DNA of 64,000 bases from Candidatus Latescibacterota bacterium. GTDB taxonomy: Bacteria > Latescibacterota > UBA2968 > UBA8231. Made by a program: the position numbers and the translations under genes. This document shows positions 30,815 through 40,187 of the stretch, in pieces. The notes under the pieces were generated by a model. It worked only from the letters and a program-made list of their open reading frames with translations. It searched no databases and was not told the origin of the DNA. The first letter of the stretch is position 1. Every line of letters begins with the position of its first letter. Location of the stretch: positions 4,032,001 to 4,096,000 of the forward strand of contig CBDETK010000013.1 of the NCBI GenBank assembly GCA_965242865.1, given 5' to 3'.

Positions 30815-31450
30815 ATGCCCATTTTGATCGCGGTAATCGCGTCGTCTTTGGCTTTCGTTCTGATGATTTTTTCGCTGAGTTCCACAAGTAATTCATCGTT
30901 GTCGCGGTCGAAGCAGCCATGTCTTTGGCCGCGTTGTGTCGTACTCAGTCTTCTTATGACGGTAGCTGCTCTTTGGGCTGGCTGTGGAAATGAAAAAGTC
31001 ACCGCACTAAGAGACGGGGCGATTGTTGTAATGGGGGCGATCAGAGATAAGGAGACCTTGGAACCGCTGAACAAGACTCTTGTGGGAGTCGTGTACTCGG
31101 GAATACCAGATAGTGTACTCATCGACTCATCGGCATTTTTGATTGTAACGCCTGAGCAGAAAGAAACCGGACGTCATCCACAAACCGCCTTGTGGACAAT
31201 TGAACAACCTCTGGTCCTCAACTATGAAGTTATGGAGTTTTTCACGGAAACCAGCGAGAACGGACTTTTTGAAATATATGAGTTTCCAAGTACCTGCGGC
31301 TCACACTATGACTGCGCTATAGAGCGTATCAGCAGATTGGTTGCTTGGAGGTCCGGCTACAGGTTATGGAAATACGACGTCCGGCGTGATACGGTCTCGA
31401 ATAATACCCCTCTTAATGTCTCTATTTACATGGAAAAAATCGAGAACTAA
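30815..31450 (+). CDS. Lower-GC exported hypothetical protein, possible lipoprotein
   Basis: Start context (GAGAAAG.CTCCCC.ATGCCCATT) matches gene B; internal LWAGC lipobox-like motif. Confidence 0.55.
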   Translation: MPILIAVIASSLAFVLMIFSLSSTSNSSLSRSKQPCLWPRCVVLSLLMTVAALWAGCGNEKVTALRDGAIVVMGAIRDKETLEPLNKTLVGVVYSGIPDSVLIDSSAFLIVTPEQKETGRHPQTALWTIEQPLVLNYEVMEFFTETSENGLFEIYEFPSTCGSHYDCAIERISRLVAWRSGYRLWKYDVRRDTVSNNTPLNVSIYMEKIEN

Positions 31451-31469
31451 CGCGATGGAAGTACACACC

Positions 31470-32534
31470 ATGAAGAGATCATTCGTTTCCACGGCCTTGT
31501 TGCTCCTCGGCATGGCCTCGCCTCTTTTCGCCAGTTCCCCAGCGCAGCAACCCTACGTTACGGGTCGGCTCGAACAGGCCACCACGTGGCGCGACACGGT
31601 GTATGTCGGCGGCGACGTGACGATTGCAGCGGGAGCGACGCTGACGCTGGACCCCAACACGCAGGTTTTCTTTCTGCCCTACCGCGATGAGACCCGAGGC
31701 GGCTTGGACACCACCCGTGCGGAACTGATCGTCAAGGGGCGACTGCATGCCCACGCCGGCGGCATCGTCTTTCGTTCCGCGGATGCGGCTTCGTTGGGAG
31801 CCGATTGGTATGGCCTCGTCGTCGAGCGGGGCGGGCGAGCCGATGTATCCTACGCTGCGATTCGCGATGGGCTGCGTTGCGTGTATGCCAAGCGGGGTGG
31901 GTTCGTCAGGATGGACGCTGTCGCCTTTGCCAACTGCGGAAAGCCGACCGCGCCAGCGGGTAGGGACAGTACGCTGACCGCAGGGGGCGTTGAGTTGGTG
32001 AACTCGTTGTCCATAGAGGCCGAGCCGGTAGATGCGTACTCCCTAAACGATAGGGCGATTACGAGGATTCCGACAAAGATAGGCGTAGGTGCGCTGACGA
32101 CGTTAGCGACAACAGTCATACTAGCCGAAACAATATTTCAACCAAAAGATAACTTTACAGAAGAAAATGCTCTGTTTTCAAAGGAAGACGAAGCCTACCT
32201 TATATCCCTCTCTTTCGGACTACTTGTCGGATACCCTCTTGGCGTGTACTTGGCCGATCCGGTGGAGAGCTCCTGCTGGATGACATTCGTGGGGGGGTAT
32301 GGTCTGGCTCTGGGAGGGTGGGCGACCGGAAGCGATCTGATCGCTGGGGTGGTTGTTTCTGGGGCTCCAATAATGGCGTCGGAGCTATCCCGGCTACTGC
32401 CCAAGCCGTTTCGCAATCCCAACCCATTCAAATGGCTATTCGGAACGTTTGGTCAGCCTAGCCCCCGCGTATCTTTCGGGTTGGCGCCGCAGCCCCAAAG
32501 GGGCCTGTCGGCCAGAGCCACGCTCCGCTTCTAA
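31470..32534 (+). CDS. Mosaic array protein H: signal + full beta-helix module + Gly-rich core + C-terminal hairpin
   Basis: TTWRDTVYVGGDVTIAAGATLTL..ELIVKGRL..WYGL; ends RVSFGLAPQPQRGLSARATLRF. Confidence 0.75.
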   Translation: MKRSFVSTALLLLGMASPLFASSPAQQPYVTGRLEQATTWRDTVYVGGDVTIAAGATLTLDPNTQVFFLPYRDETRGGLDTTRAELIVKGRLHAHAGGIVFRSADAASLGADWYGLVVERGGRADVSYAAIRDGLRCVYAKRGGFVRMDAVAFANCGKPTAPAGRDSTLTAGGVELVNSLSIEAEPVDAYSLNDRAITRIPTKIGVGALTTLATTVILAETIFQPKDNFTEENALFSKEDEAYLISLSFGLLVGYPLGVYLADPVESSCWMTFVGGYGLALGGWATGSDLIAGVVVSGAPIMASELSRLLPKPFRNPNPFKWLFGTFGQPSPRVSFGLAPQPQRGLSARATLRF

Positions 32535-32539
32535 TTCCC

Positions 32540-32600
32540 ATGAGGCTAATGACCGCTGCCACGACCCTGTTTGCCGTAAGCACGGTAGAGGAGGCGTCGC
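32540..32600 (+). pseudogene. Cassette stub homologous to the signal peptide of array gene E
   Basis: MRLMTAATTLFAVSTVEEA vs MPLMIVATLFAILMVEGA; DNA ACCCTGTT.GCC.TA..CA.GGTAGAGG shared. Confidence 0.45.
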
Positions 32601-32868
32601 TGACCGCACCGCCCGCGCCGACGCTGGTATGCCGCTGGCGTCTGAGTTATATTATACCGCTTGAGGAGGCCACGGCGGCCAAATCACCTTGCTGCGCTGG
32701 CGAAAGCCAGCCACAGAACGCGCCTAATACAGGGGTATTATATAATGTATAGTCAATCGTCGGCGAGCAGATCGCAATGCACCCGACCCCCTTGCTGCGC
32801 TGAAGGATAAGGGGCCGCGAGGTGGCGGTATGAAGACGATCCAAGCAAAAAGCGGAGGTCCATAGCGA

Positions 32869-35283
32869 ATGCTCGGAAGAAAAAATAGGAACCCGAACCA
32901 AGAGATCGAAGAGTATCGGGATTTAATGCAGGTCCCGGACCGCTTTGAGAACGGCTTTACGATCAAGGCCGTCCTCGGCGTGTTCTTCGTCGCCTTTATC
33001 ATGGTGCCGGGCAATATGTACCTGAGCCTGATGATCGGCGGCTCTTTGGGGGCGGCGGCCGAGTGGGTGACGATCATCCTCTTCGCCGAAATCACCAAAC
33101 GCTCCTTTTCCTCCCTTCGTCGCCAAGAAGTCTATGTGCTGTTCTACGTGGCCGCCTCCCTGATCGCGGCTGAGACCGGTGCCTTTGAGGGCTTGCTCTA
33201 CAACCAGTACTTGGTGCAATCGCCGGCCGCCAAGCAGTTCGGCATCACCAAGCTGATTCCCACCTGGGTAGCGCCGCAGCCCGACTCCCTCGCGATCATC
33301 GAGCGCACCTTCCTGCACTCGGATTGGGCGATGCCGATCGTGCTCCTCGTCTTGGGGATGATCATCTCGCGCGTCAACTGGTTCACCATGTCGTACGCGC
33401 TCTTCCGGCTCAGCTCCGACTACGAGCGCCTGCCCTTCCCCTTCGCGCCCGTCAACGCGCAAGGCGCGACAGCACTGGCCGAGACGACCCAAGGACTTGA
33501 GACGTGGCGCTGGCGAGTATTTTCGGCCGGGGCGATGATCGGCTTGGTCTTTGGCACGATTTACGTGGCCCTGCCGGCCATTACCGGCGCGCTGCTGACC
33601 GAGCCGATCCAACTCATCCCCATCCCCTTTGTTGACTTCACCCAAGTCACCGGCAACTTCATCCCAGCCACCCCGCTCGGATTTACCGCGCACTTGGGGC
33701 CGATCTTTACCGGGTTGGTGGTGCCGTTCTGGGGCGTGGTCGGCACCTTTATCGGCGTGGTCGTCGCCTCAATTGCCAATCCGCTGCTTTACACTTGGAC
33801 GCCGCCGTGGCGCGAGGAGCCGTACCTGAACTTGTGGCAGCAAGGCATGGGCACGGTCGAGACCTTCTTCGTCAACAACGTGGATTTCTGGATGAGCTTT
33901 GGCATTGGCACCACCGTCGCCATCGCCATCATTGGCATCTATCAGGTCGTTCAGAGCATCCGCGGGGCTAGGGCCAACGCCAGCGACGACAGCCCCCGCA
34001 GCTTTGCCGCTCCCGCCGGCCGCGGCGATTTCCCGATATGGTTGGCACTGGCCCTCTACGCCTTGGCCACGGCTGGGCTGATCGGCATCGCCGCTTGGCT
34101 GCTGCCGGGCATTGCCCAATTTATATGGTTCTTCCTCTTCTTTGGTTTCGTCTTCACGCCCTTTCAGTCCTTTGTCAACGCCCGCCTAGTGGGGATGGTG
34201 GGGCAGACAGTGGACATCCCCTTCGTGCGCGAGGCCACGATCATCCTGTCGGGGTATCGCGGCGTTGACATCTGGTTCATTCCGTTTCCTTTGGGCAACT
34301 ACGGCGCCCAAACCATGAAGTTCCGCGAAATCGAGCTGACCGGCACCCAGTTTACCAGCATCATCCGCGCCGAGATTTTCATGGTGCCCATCGTGCTGTT
34401 CACCAGCTTTCTCTACGGCTCCTACATCTGGAAACTGGCACCGATCCCGTCGGCCTCCTACCCCTATGCCCAGCTAATCTGGCGGCTGCGCGCCTACCAG
34501 CAATGCCTCTTTATCACCGGGACCATGCGCAGCGAACTGGCCATCGATAAGGACCGGGCCGGCTGGACGCCGGCCAATCTAATCGAGAACGAGTGGTGGT
34601 ACTGGCGCGTGCGGCTGGTGGATCAAGAGTGGCTCGACTCCAGCGGCAAGCGCGGCCAAGTCGGCCCGTGGATGCCGACCCAAGTGTTCTACTCGTACTT
34701 TGAGCAGGGCGCGCCCGACATTGTCGCCGAGCGCTACCTGCGCGACGCCCGGCAGGCCGACGAGGAAATTGTCGAGGGCCTGCCGGGCATTGCCCCGGTC
34801 GGGCCGGCCATGGACACCATCATTCGCGATCCCCGCCCGACCCTCGAAGTGCAGATCGAGCGCGCCGTGCCGGCCGGCTGGTCCTTTTACTTTGAGGTCG
34901 ATACCGATCCGCTCTTTACCAGCTCTTGGATCCAGCGATCCACGGACGTGCCTTGGCTCTTTAGGGCGCTGAAAACAGAGGTCATCGCCTTTGGGGCTGG
35001 CTTTGGGCTGGTGAGTTTCATTCTGCTGTCCATTCTCGGGCTGCCGATCCTGCTGATCTTTGGCTTTGTGCGCTCGCTGACGTCGCTGCCGCACTTCGTG
35101 GTGACCGAGATCATCGGCGCCTTCTTGGCCCGCTACTACTTCTGGAACAAGTACGGGCGGCAAGAGTGGCGGCAGTTTGCCCCGATTCTGGCGGTGGGCT
35201 TTTCCTGCGGCATGGCCTTGATGGGCATGGCGTCCGTGGGAATCGCCCTGATCCAGAAGTCGGTCTCCGTGCTGATCTTCTAG
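32869..35283 (+). CDS. OPT-superfamily-like peptide transporter with an inserted soluble domain
   Basis: GGAGG RBS; multiple TM helices; AAEWVTIILF, ERLPFPFAPV.A.GATALAE, WKLAPIPSASYP. Confidence 0.72.
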   Translation: MLGRKNRNPNQEIEEYRDLMQVPDRFENGFTIKAVLGVFFVAFIMVPGNMYLSLMIGGSLGAAAEWVTIILFAEITKRSFSSLRRQEVYVLFYVAASLIAAETGAFEGLLYNQYLVQSPAAKQFGITKLIPTWVAPQPDSLAIIERTFLHSDWAMPIVLLVLGMIISRVNWFTMSYALFRLSSDYERLPFPFAPVNAQGATALAETTQGLETWRWRVFSAGAMIGLVFGTIYVALPAITGALLTEPIQLIPIPFVDFTQVTGNFIPATPLGFTAHLGPIFTGLVVPFWGVVGTFIGVVVASIANPLLYTWTPPWREEPYLNLWQQGMGTVETFFVNNVDFWMSFGIGTTVAIAIIGIYQVVQSIRGARANASDDSPRSFAAPAGRGDFPIWLALALYALATAGLIGIAAWLLPGIAQFIWFFLFFGFVFTPFQSFVNARLVGMVGQTVDIPFVREATIILSGYRGVDIWFIPFPLGNYGAQTMKFREIELTGTQFTSIIRAEIFMVPIVLFTSFLYGSYIWKLAPIPSASYPYAQLIWRLRAYQQCLFITGTMRSELAIDKDRAGWTPANLIENEWWYWRVRLVDQEWLDSSGKRGQVGPWMPTQVFYSYFEQGAPDIVAERYLRDARQADEEIVEGLPGIAPVGPAMDTIIRDPRPTLEVQIERAVPAGWSFYFEVDTDPLFTSSWIQRSTDVPWLFRALKTEVIAFGAGFGLVSFILLSILGLPILLIFGFVRSLTSLPHFVVTEIIGAFLARYYFWNKYGRQEWRQFAPILAVGFSCGMALMGMASVGIALIQKSVSVLIF

Positions 35284-35284
35284 C

Positions 35285-36277
35285 ATGGGCGATTGGGTGG
35301 ATTTCGCGTGGCAGGGGCTGCGGTTGTCCGTGCCGGGCGACTGGAATCTCGGCCGGGTTGACGGCGACTTTGAAAAGGGCTACGCCCGGCTCGACGACGC
35401 CGAGATCGTGCGCGCCGAGATCGAATGGCGGCGTCTCAGAAGCCGCGGCGAGGCCCTGCGCCTGACCGAGCTGGTCGACCGCTACTTGGCCAACCTGCAA
35501 AAGAAGGCCCAAAAGGCCGATGCCCCCTTTGAAGTCCAGCGCCGCGCCCGGTTCCTCAAAAACAAGCAATTCCTCCAAGGCCGCGAGTACGAGGTCTTTA
35601 TATGGGAGGCCGATTTCCGCGCGTACAACCTCGCGCTGGCCTTGGAGTCTGGGCGGGTTGTGCTCCTGCGCGTGCTGGCCCGGCTCGATGAGTTTTTGCC
35701 CGACCAAGCCGAGGCCGTGTTCAGCTCGCTCGCCGACCAAGAAGCCGAGGCCGCGCACCTGTGGAGCGTGTACGGCTTGCGGTTTTTCGCCCCCAGCGAC
35801 CTCAAGCTGCAAAGCCATTCCCTCAAGTCGGGGCACCTCCAGTTGGAGTTTACCCGCGGCAAACAGACGCTGCGGGTCCATCGGTTGAGCATGGCCCGAA
35901 TCATGCTCAAAGGCGCGGCCATCCAAGACTGGTATCCGGTCTTTTTTAAGAAGCCGTTGCGCGACTTGGTGGTGGATGTCGTGCCAGAAGCCGTGCAAGG
36001 CTGCGAGGGCATTCGCGTCGAGGGGCGGCCGCGCAGCCGCTGGCGTCAACTGCTGCGTCCCCTGCCCTTTATGAACCCGAGGCCGCGCCTGTATCTTCGG
36101 GGGCGCGTCTGGCGCGATGCCAGCCTCGACAAAATCGCCATCGTCGAGCACCTCTACCGCAAGAAAGACCTACAAGACGATCTCGTCGCCAAGGTAGTAG
36201 ATGGGCATTTTATCGAAAAACAAGGGACCCAAGCTGAGCCGGGCCGCCATGCTGGCGTCGCGGCCAACGCGCAATGA
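35285..36277 (+). CDS. Hypothetical protein of the transporter cluster
   Basis: Starts 2 bp after the OPT-like stop; two similar segments (FAWQGLRLSVP / WSVYGLRFFAP). Confidence 0.65.
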   Translation: MGDWVDFAWQGLRLSVPGDWNLGRVDGDFEKGYARLDDAEIVRAEIEWRRLRSRGEALRLTELVDRYLANLQKKAQKADAPFEVQRRARFLKNKQFLQGREYEVFIWEADFRAYNLALALESGRVVLLRVLARLDEFLPDQAEAVFSSLADQEAEAAHLWSVYGLRFFAPSDLKLQSHSLKSGHLQLEFTRGKQTLRVHRLSMARIMLKGAAIQDWYPVFFKKPLRDLVVDVVPEAVQGCEGIRVEGRPRSRWRQLLRPLPFMNPRPRLYLRGRVWRDASLDKIAIVEHLYRKKDLQDDLVAKVVDGHFIEKQGTQAEPGRHAGVAANAQ

Positions 36278-36632
36278 CTCCCTGCGCTGGGAACCCAACG
36301 ACAACGGCGAAATCCAGGTCTTTATAACGCGCCAAGAGACCTGGAAGGTGCGGCTGCTGTCCAAGTTTTTCTACATCCCCAAACAGCGCAAAATCACCCT
36401 CGACGAGGTCGGCAGCGAGGTCTGGCGGATGTGCAACGGCCGCAACTCAGTCGGCAAGATGATCGACCTGCTCAGCGACCAGTACCAGCTCAACCGCAAG
36501 GAGGCCGAAGTCTCCCTGCTCCAGTATTTGAAAACCCTCGGGCAGAAGCGCTTTATCGGCTTTGTGCTAGAGGGCGACGACAGGCCGCCCAACCGCGGCG
36601 CGGCCAGCGGAAAGAAATGGCAAAAGAAATAA
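36201..36632 (+). CDS. PqqD-family (RiPP recognition element-like) protein
   Basis: LDEVGSEVWRMCNGRNSVGKMIDLL..Y.L...EAE..L..YL..L..K..I pattern. Confidence 0.85.
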   Translation: MGILSKNKGPKLSRAAMLASRPTRNDSLRWEPNDNGEIQVFITRQETWKVRLLSKFFYIPKQRKITLDEVGSEVWRMCNGRNSVGKMIDLLSDQYQLNRKEAEVSLLQYLKTLGQKRFIGFVLEGDDRPPNRGAASGKKWQKK

Positions 36633-37237
36633 AGAGGGGCGAGCGCTGGGCTCGTCCCTCTTTTCGTCGGCACTCGCACCGGGCCGCCCGCTTCCTCTCG
36701 CACGCGCTCAATCCCGCGCTGTTGGCGCTGTTGGTATTCGGCGTTCAAGCACACGGGCAGGACGCTTGGCTCGCCGGCGCGGTGGCGATCGGGGCCTTCT
36801 CCTTGATCCCCGGGTTGCTCCTCTGGCGCTTGGTGCGGTCGGGCTATCTCGACCAAGCCTATACAGACGACCTCAGCAAGCGCGCCACCCTGCTCTTGTT
36901 GGGTGCGCTGTGCTATGCGTTGGGGACGGCCGCCCTCTGGGGAATCGACGCCCCGCCGCTAATGCGAGTCACGGCCGCGGCTTGCGTGGTCAGTACGCTC
37001 TTGGTTTGGTGGATCAATCGCTCCTACAAAATCAGCATTCACGCGGCTGGTGTTGGGGGGGCAACCTGCGTACTGTTGATCAGCAGCGGCAGCGCGGCGT
37101 GGCCCTGTTTATTGAGTTGGCCGGCCGTTGCTTGGGCGCGGCTTTACCTGCGGGCGCATACGCCCATGCAGCTCGGAGCCGGCGGTGCGCTGGGCGCGGG
37201 GAGCATGGCCCTGCTGTACAGTGCTTTCATACCGTGA
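36617..37237 (+). CDS. PAP2-like membrane protein
   Basis: Hydrophobic; KISIHAAG and WARLYLRAHT motifs. Confidence 0.65.
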   Translation: MAKEIKRGERWARPSFRRHSHRAARFLSHALNPALLALLVFGVQAHGQDAWLAGAVAIGAFSLIPGLLLWRLVRSGYLDQAYTDDLSKRATLLLLGALCYALGTAALWGIDAPPLMRVTAAACVVSTLLVWWINRSYKISIHAAGVGGATCVLLISSGSAAWPCLLSWPAVAWARLYLRAHTPMQLGAGGALGAGSMALLYSAFIP

Positions 37238-37251
37238 CGCGAGCGCGGCAG

Positions 37252-39420
37252 ATGGACCAATCGTACAAAGGCTTTATCGATCGCCTGACTTACCACAACC
37301 CGGAAAACGGCTATACCATTGCGCGCTTAGTCGTAGAGGGCCAGCGCGAGCGGATCGCAATCGTGGGGACGCTGGCCTCCGTCCAAGAGGGCGAGAGCGT
37401 CGAAGTGGCCGGCGCGTGGACCAATCATCCCAAATACGGCAAGCAATTCAAGGTCGAGCACTACAAGGCCGTTTATCCCTCGACCCTTGAAGGGATGCAA
37501 AAGTACCTCGGGTCCGGTCTGATCAAAGGCGTCGGGGCAAAATCGGCCAAGCGCATCGTCGAGCACTTTGGCGCGGAAACGCTCGACATCATCGACGCAG
37601 ATCCCCGTCGGCTAGCGGAAGTGCCCAAGCTGGGCCAAAAGAGAGTCGAGCTGATTGCCGCGGCTTGGGACGAGCAGCGGCAGATCAAGGACGTGATGGT
37701 CTTTTTGCAGTCGCACGGGATTACCACCGGCTACGCAGTGAAAATTTTTAAGACCTACGGTCAGCAGGCCATTCAAAAGGTCCGCCGCGATCCCTATCGC
37801 TTGGAGCGCGATGTGGATGGAATCGGCTTCCGCATCGCCGACCGCATTGCCCAGCGCTTGGGACTCGGCCGCGACGCCCCCGAGCGCGTACAGGCCGGCA
37901 TCCGCTACCTGCTCTCCCAAGCAGCCGACGAGGGCCACGTGTACCTGCCGGCCGTCCAAATGATGGAGCGGGCTGTCGAAATTTTGGCCATTGACGCCGA
38001 GCTGTTGCCGCCGGCCTTAGAGGCTCTGCGCGCCGACGACGGCGTGGTCACCGAAGATATGCACTACTATCTGCCGCCGCTCCACCGCGCCGAAGTGGGC
38101 GCGGCCTCGTCGCTAAAGCGGCTTTTGCGCACGCCGGCCCAAGAGTTGACCGTGCCGGCAGAAGACGAGGACGAGCTGACGTTGGCCCCGGCGCAAAAAC
38201 AGGCGGTGGCATGGGTTGCCACGAGCAAAGTGCTGGTGCTGACCGGCGGCCCGGGCACGGGCAAGACGACGGTCACGCGGCGCATCTTGCGCCTGTTGGA
38301 GGAAGGCGGCCTCGCGGTTGGGTTGTGCTCGCCTACGGGCCGAGCGGCCAAGCGGCTGAGCGAAGCCAGCGGGCGCACGGCCAAGACCATTCACCGGCTG
38401 CTGGAGTTTCAGCCGGGCGAGCGGCAATTCAAAAGAGGCTACGACAACCGCCTCGAGCTCGACGCGCTGATCGTCGATGAGGCTTCCATGATCGACGTGG
38501 TGCTGATGAACGCGCTCCTGCGCGCCTTGCCCGACCGCGCTCGGGTGGTGCTCGTCGGCGACATTGACCAGCTGCCCTCGGTCGGGCCGGGCAACGTGCT
38601 CCGCGACATCATCGACTCCGCAGAAGTGCCGGTGGTGCGCCTGACGCAGATTTTTCGCCAAGCCCAAAAAAGCCACATCATCCGCAACGCGCACCGCATC
38701 AACAGCGGCGAAATGCCCATCGTCGAGAACCAGGCGGGCGCGGATTTCTACTTTATCCAAGAAGGCGACCCAGAGCGGGTGGTCGAGCTGGTGGAAGAGC
38801 TGTGCGCCACGCGCCTGCCCAGCTATCGGGGGTGGGACCGACGCGCCGACATCCAAGTGCTCGCGCCCATGTACCGCGGCGAGACCGGCGCACTCAACCT
38901 CAACCAACGCCTGCAACAGCGTCTCAACCCGCACGGCCCAGTGCATCGCCATCGCGGGGGCGAGTTCCGGGTGGGGGATAAGGTCATGCAGGTCAAAAAC
39001 GACTACGACAAGGGCGTTTTTAACGGCGACATCGGCACGGTCGAGCGGCTCGACGCAGAAAAGCAGGTGCTCTACGTGCTCTTTGACCACACCTTGGAAT
39101 ACGATCAAGTGGATCTCGACCAGCTGACCCTCGCCTACGCCATCAGCATCCACCGCTCGCAGGGGTCGGAATTTCCCGTGGTGGTCCTGCCGCTGACGAC
39201 CCAGCACTACGTGATGCTCCAGCGCAACCTGCTCTACACGGCCATTACCCGCGCCAAGCAGATGATCGTCATCGTCGGCACTTCCAAGGCCCTCAAGCTG
39301 GCCATTGCAAACGACCAAGTGGCCCAGCGGTACACCACGCTCAAAGAACGGCTGTGCGACGAGGTCGGCGCGGTGCTGCAAGCGGGGCAAGCACCCGAGA
39401 AAGGCCAAAACCATCTATGA
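37252..39420 (+). CDS. recD2: RecD2-type SF1B DNA helicase
   Basis: N-terminal HhH region (YLGSGLIKGVG), GGPGTGKT, DEASM, QLPSVGPG, AISIHRSQGSE, LLYTAITRAK. Confidence 0.93.
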   Translation: MDQSYKGFIDRLTYHNPENGYTIARLVVEGQRERIAIVGTLASVQEGESVEVAGAWTNHPKYGKQFKVEHYKAVYPSTLEGMQKYLGSGLIKGVGAKSAKRIVEHFGAETLDIIDADPRRLAEVPKLGQKRVELIAAAWDEQRQIKDVMVFLQSHGITTGYAVKIFKTYGQQAIQKVRRDPYRLERDVDGIGFRIADRIAQRLGLGRDAPERVQAGIRYLLSQAADEGHVYLPAVQMMERAVEILAIDAELLPPALEALRADDGVVTEDMHYYLPPLHRAEVGAASSLKRLLRTPAQELTVPAEDEDELTLAPAQKQAVAWVATSKVLVLTGGPGTGKTTVTRRILRLLEEGGLAVGLCSPTGRAAKRLSEASGRTAKTIHRLLEFQPGERQFKRGYDNRLELDALIVDEASMIDVVLMNALLRALPDRARVVLVGDIDQLPSVGPGNVLRDIIDSAEVPVVRLTQIFRQAQKSHIIRNAHRINSGEMPIVENQAGADFYFIQEGDPERVVELVEELCATRLPSYRGWDRRADIQVLAPMYRGETGALNLNQRLQQRLNPHGPVHRHRGGEFRVGDKVMQVKNDYDKGVFNGDIGTVERLDAEKQVLYVLFDHTLEYDQVDLDQLTLAYAISIHRSQGSEFPVVVLPLTTQHYVMLQRNLLYTAITRAKQMIVIVGTSKALKLAIANDQVAQRYTTLKERLCDEVGAVLQAGQAPEKGQNHL

Positions 39421-40187
39421 ACGAGTACCACATTGCCAACGAGAACCGCTGGAATCGGGCCGCGCCTCAGTACGCGGAAAAGCACGACAAAAAAGGGACG
39501 TGGCGGATTGCCCACCAGCAGCGAGAAGTCGTCTTCTGCGAGCGAGAATTGGAACTGATGGGGCCGGTTCGCAATCGAGACGTTTGCGTTCTCGGCAGCG
39601 GCGATAACCTCGCGGTGTTCGCCTTGGCGGGCATGGGCGCTCGCGTGACCTCGGTCGATATTTCCCGCGAACAGCTAAAAGTGGCGCGGCAGCGGTCCGC
39701 CGAACTCGGCTTGCGCGTCCAGTACGTCAAAGCGGACGTAACCAACCTCAGCGGCTTGGCGAGTGCGGCCTTTGATCTGGTGTACACGGGCGGTCACGTC
39801 GCAGTCTGGGTGGCCGATCTGCGTGCGTACTACCGCGAGGCCATTCGCATTCTGCGCCCCAGCGGCCTGCTCTTGATCAACGAATACCACCCCTTCAGAA
39901 GGATATGGAAGGACCAAAAGACGGCCTTAGAGGTTGGGTATAGCTACTTTGACCATGGACCTCACCAGTACAACACCTCCGCAGAGCTGCTGTCCGACCG
40001 GTCTGCTGGCGACACCGTGCAGTACGAATTTCACTGGACGGTCGCTCAGTATCTCAAGGCGGTTATCGAGCAAGGCGTGGAATTGGTCGAGTTTGAGGAG
40101 CTGGGGGACGAGGCCGAAGGCTGGGAGTATGCTCCACTGGCGGGGCTGCCGCAAATGCTGTTGATCGCCGGCCGAAAGCGGCCCTAG
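39417..40187 (+). CDS. Class I SAM-dependent methyltransferase
   Basis: VCVLGSGD, VTSVDIS, FDLVYTG, LRPSG..EYHP. Confidence 0.85.
   Translation: MNEYHIANENRWNRAAPQYAEKHDKKGTWRIAHQQREVVFCERELELMGPVRNRDVCVLGSGDNLAVFALAGMGARVTSVDISREQLKVARQRSAELGLRVQYVKADVTNLSGLASAAFDLVYTGGHVAVWVADLRAYYREAIRILRPSGLLLINEYHPFRRIWKDQKTALEVGYSYFDHGPHQYNTSAELLSDRSAGDTVQYEFHWTVAQYLKAVIEQGVELVEFEELGDEAEGWEYAPLAGLPQMLLIAGRKRP

Noticed and set aside
32725-32756. dif site (ATAATGTATA core)
   Set aside because: The XerD arm TTATGTTAAAT is missing; more likely the AT-rich promoter or operator (TAATAC-N4-GTATTA) of the OPT-like gene
26482-32868. Integron cassette array, shufflon or DGR as the explanation of the mosaic array
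   Set aside because: No integrase, invertase or reverse transcriptase; no attC-like RYYYAAC..GTTRRRY hairpins; repeats are direct and coding, and differences are not adenine-specific
36201-36632. PQQ or classical RiPP biosynthesis cluster
   Set aside because: No pqqA/B/C/E, radical SAM, lasso cyclase or precursor peptide visible in the window
36766-37251. N-terminal extension of RecD2 (also long starts for moaB, uvrA, prfA and the NusG-II gene)
   Set aside because: Shadow-frame extensions overlapping upstream genes; homology begins at the downstream starts
38113-39414. Long antisense ORFs (433 aa here; also 49772-50974, 35111-36151, 23356-24300)
   Set aside because: Typical stop-poor antisense frames of GC-rich genes with no recognisable motifs
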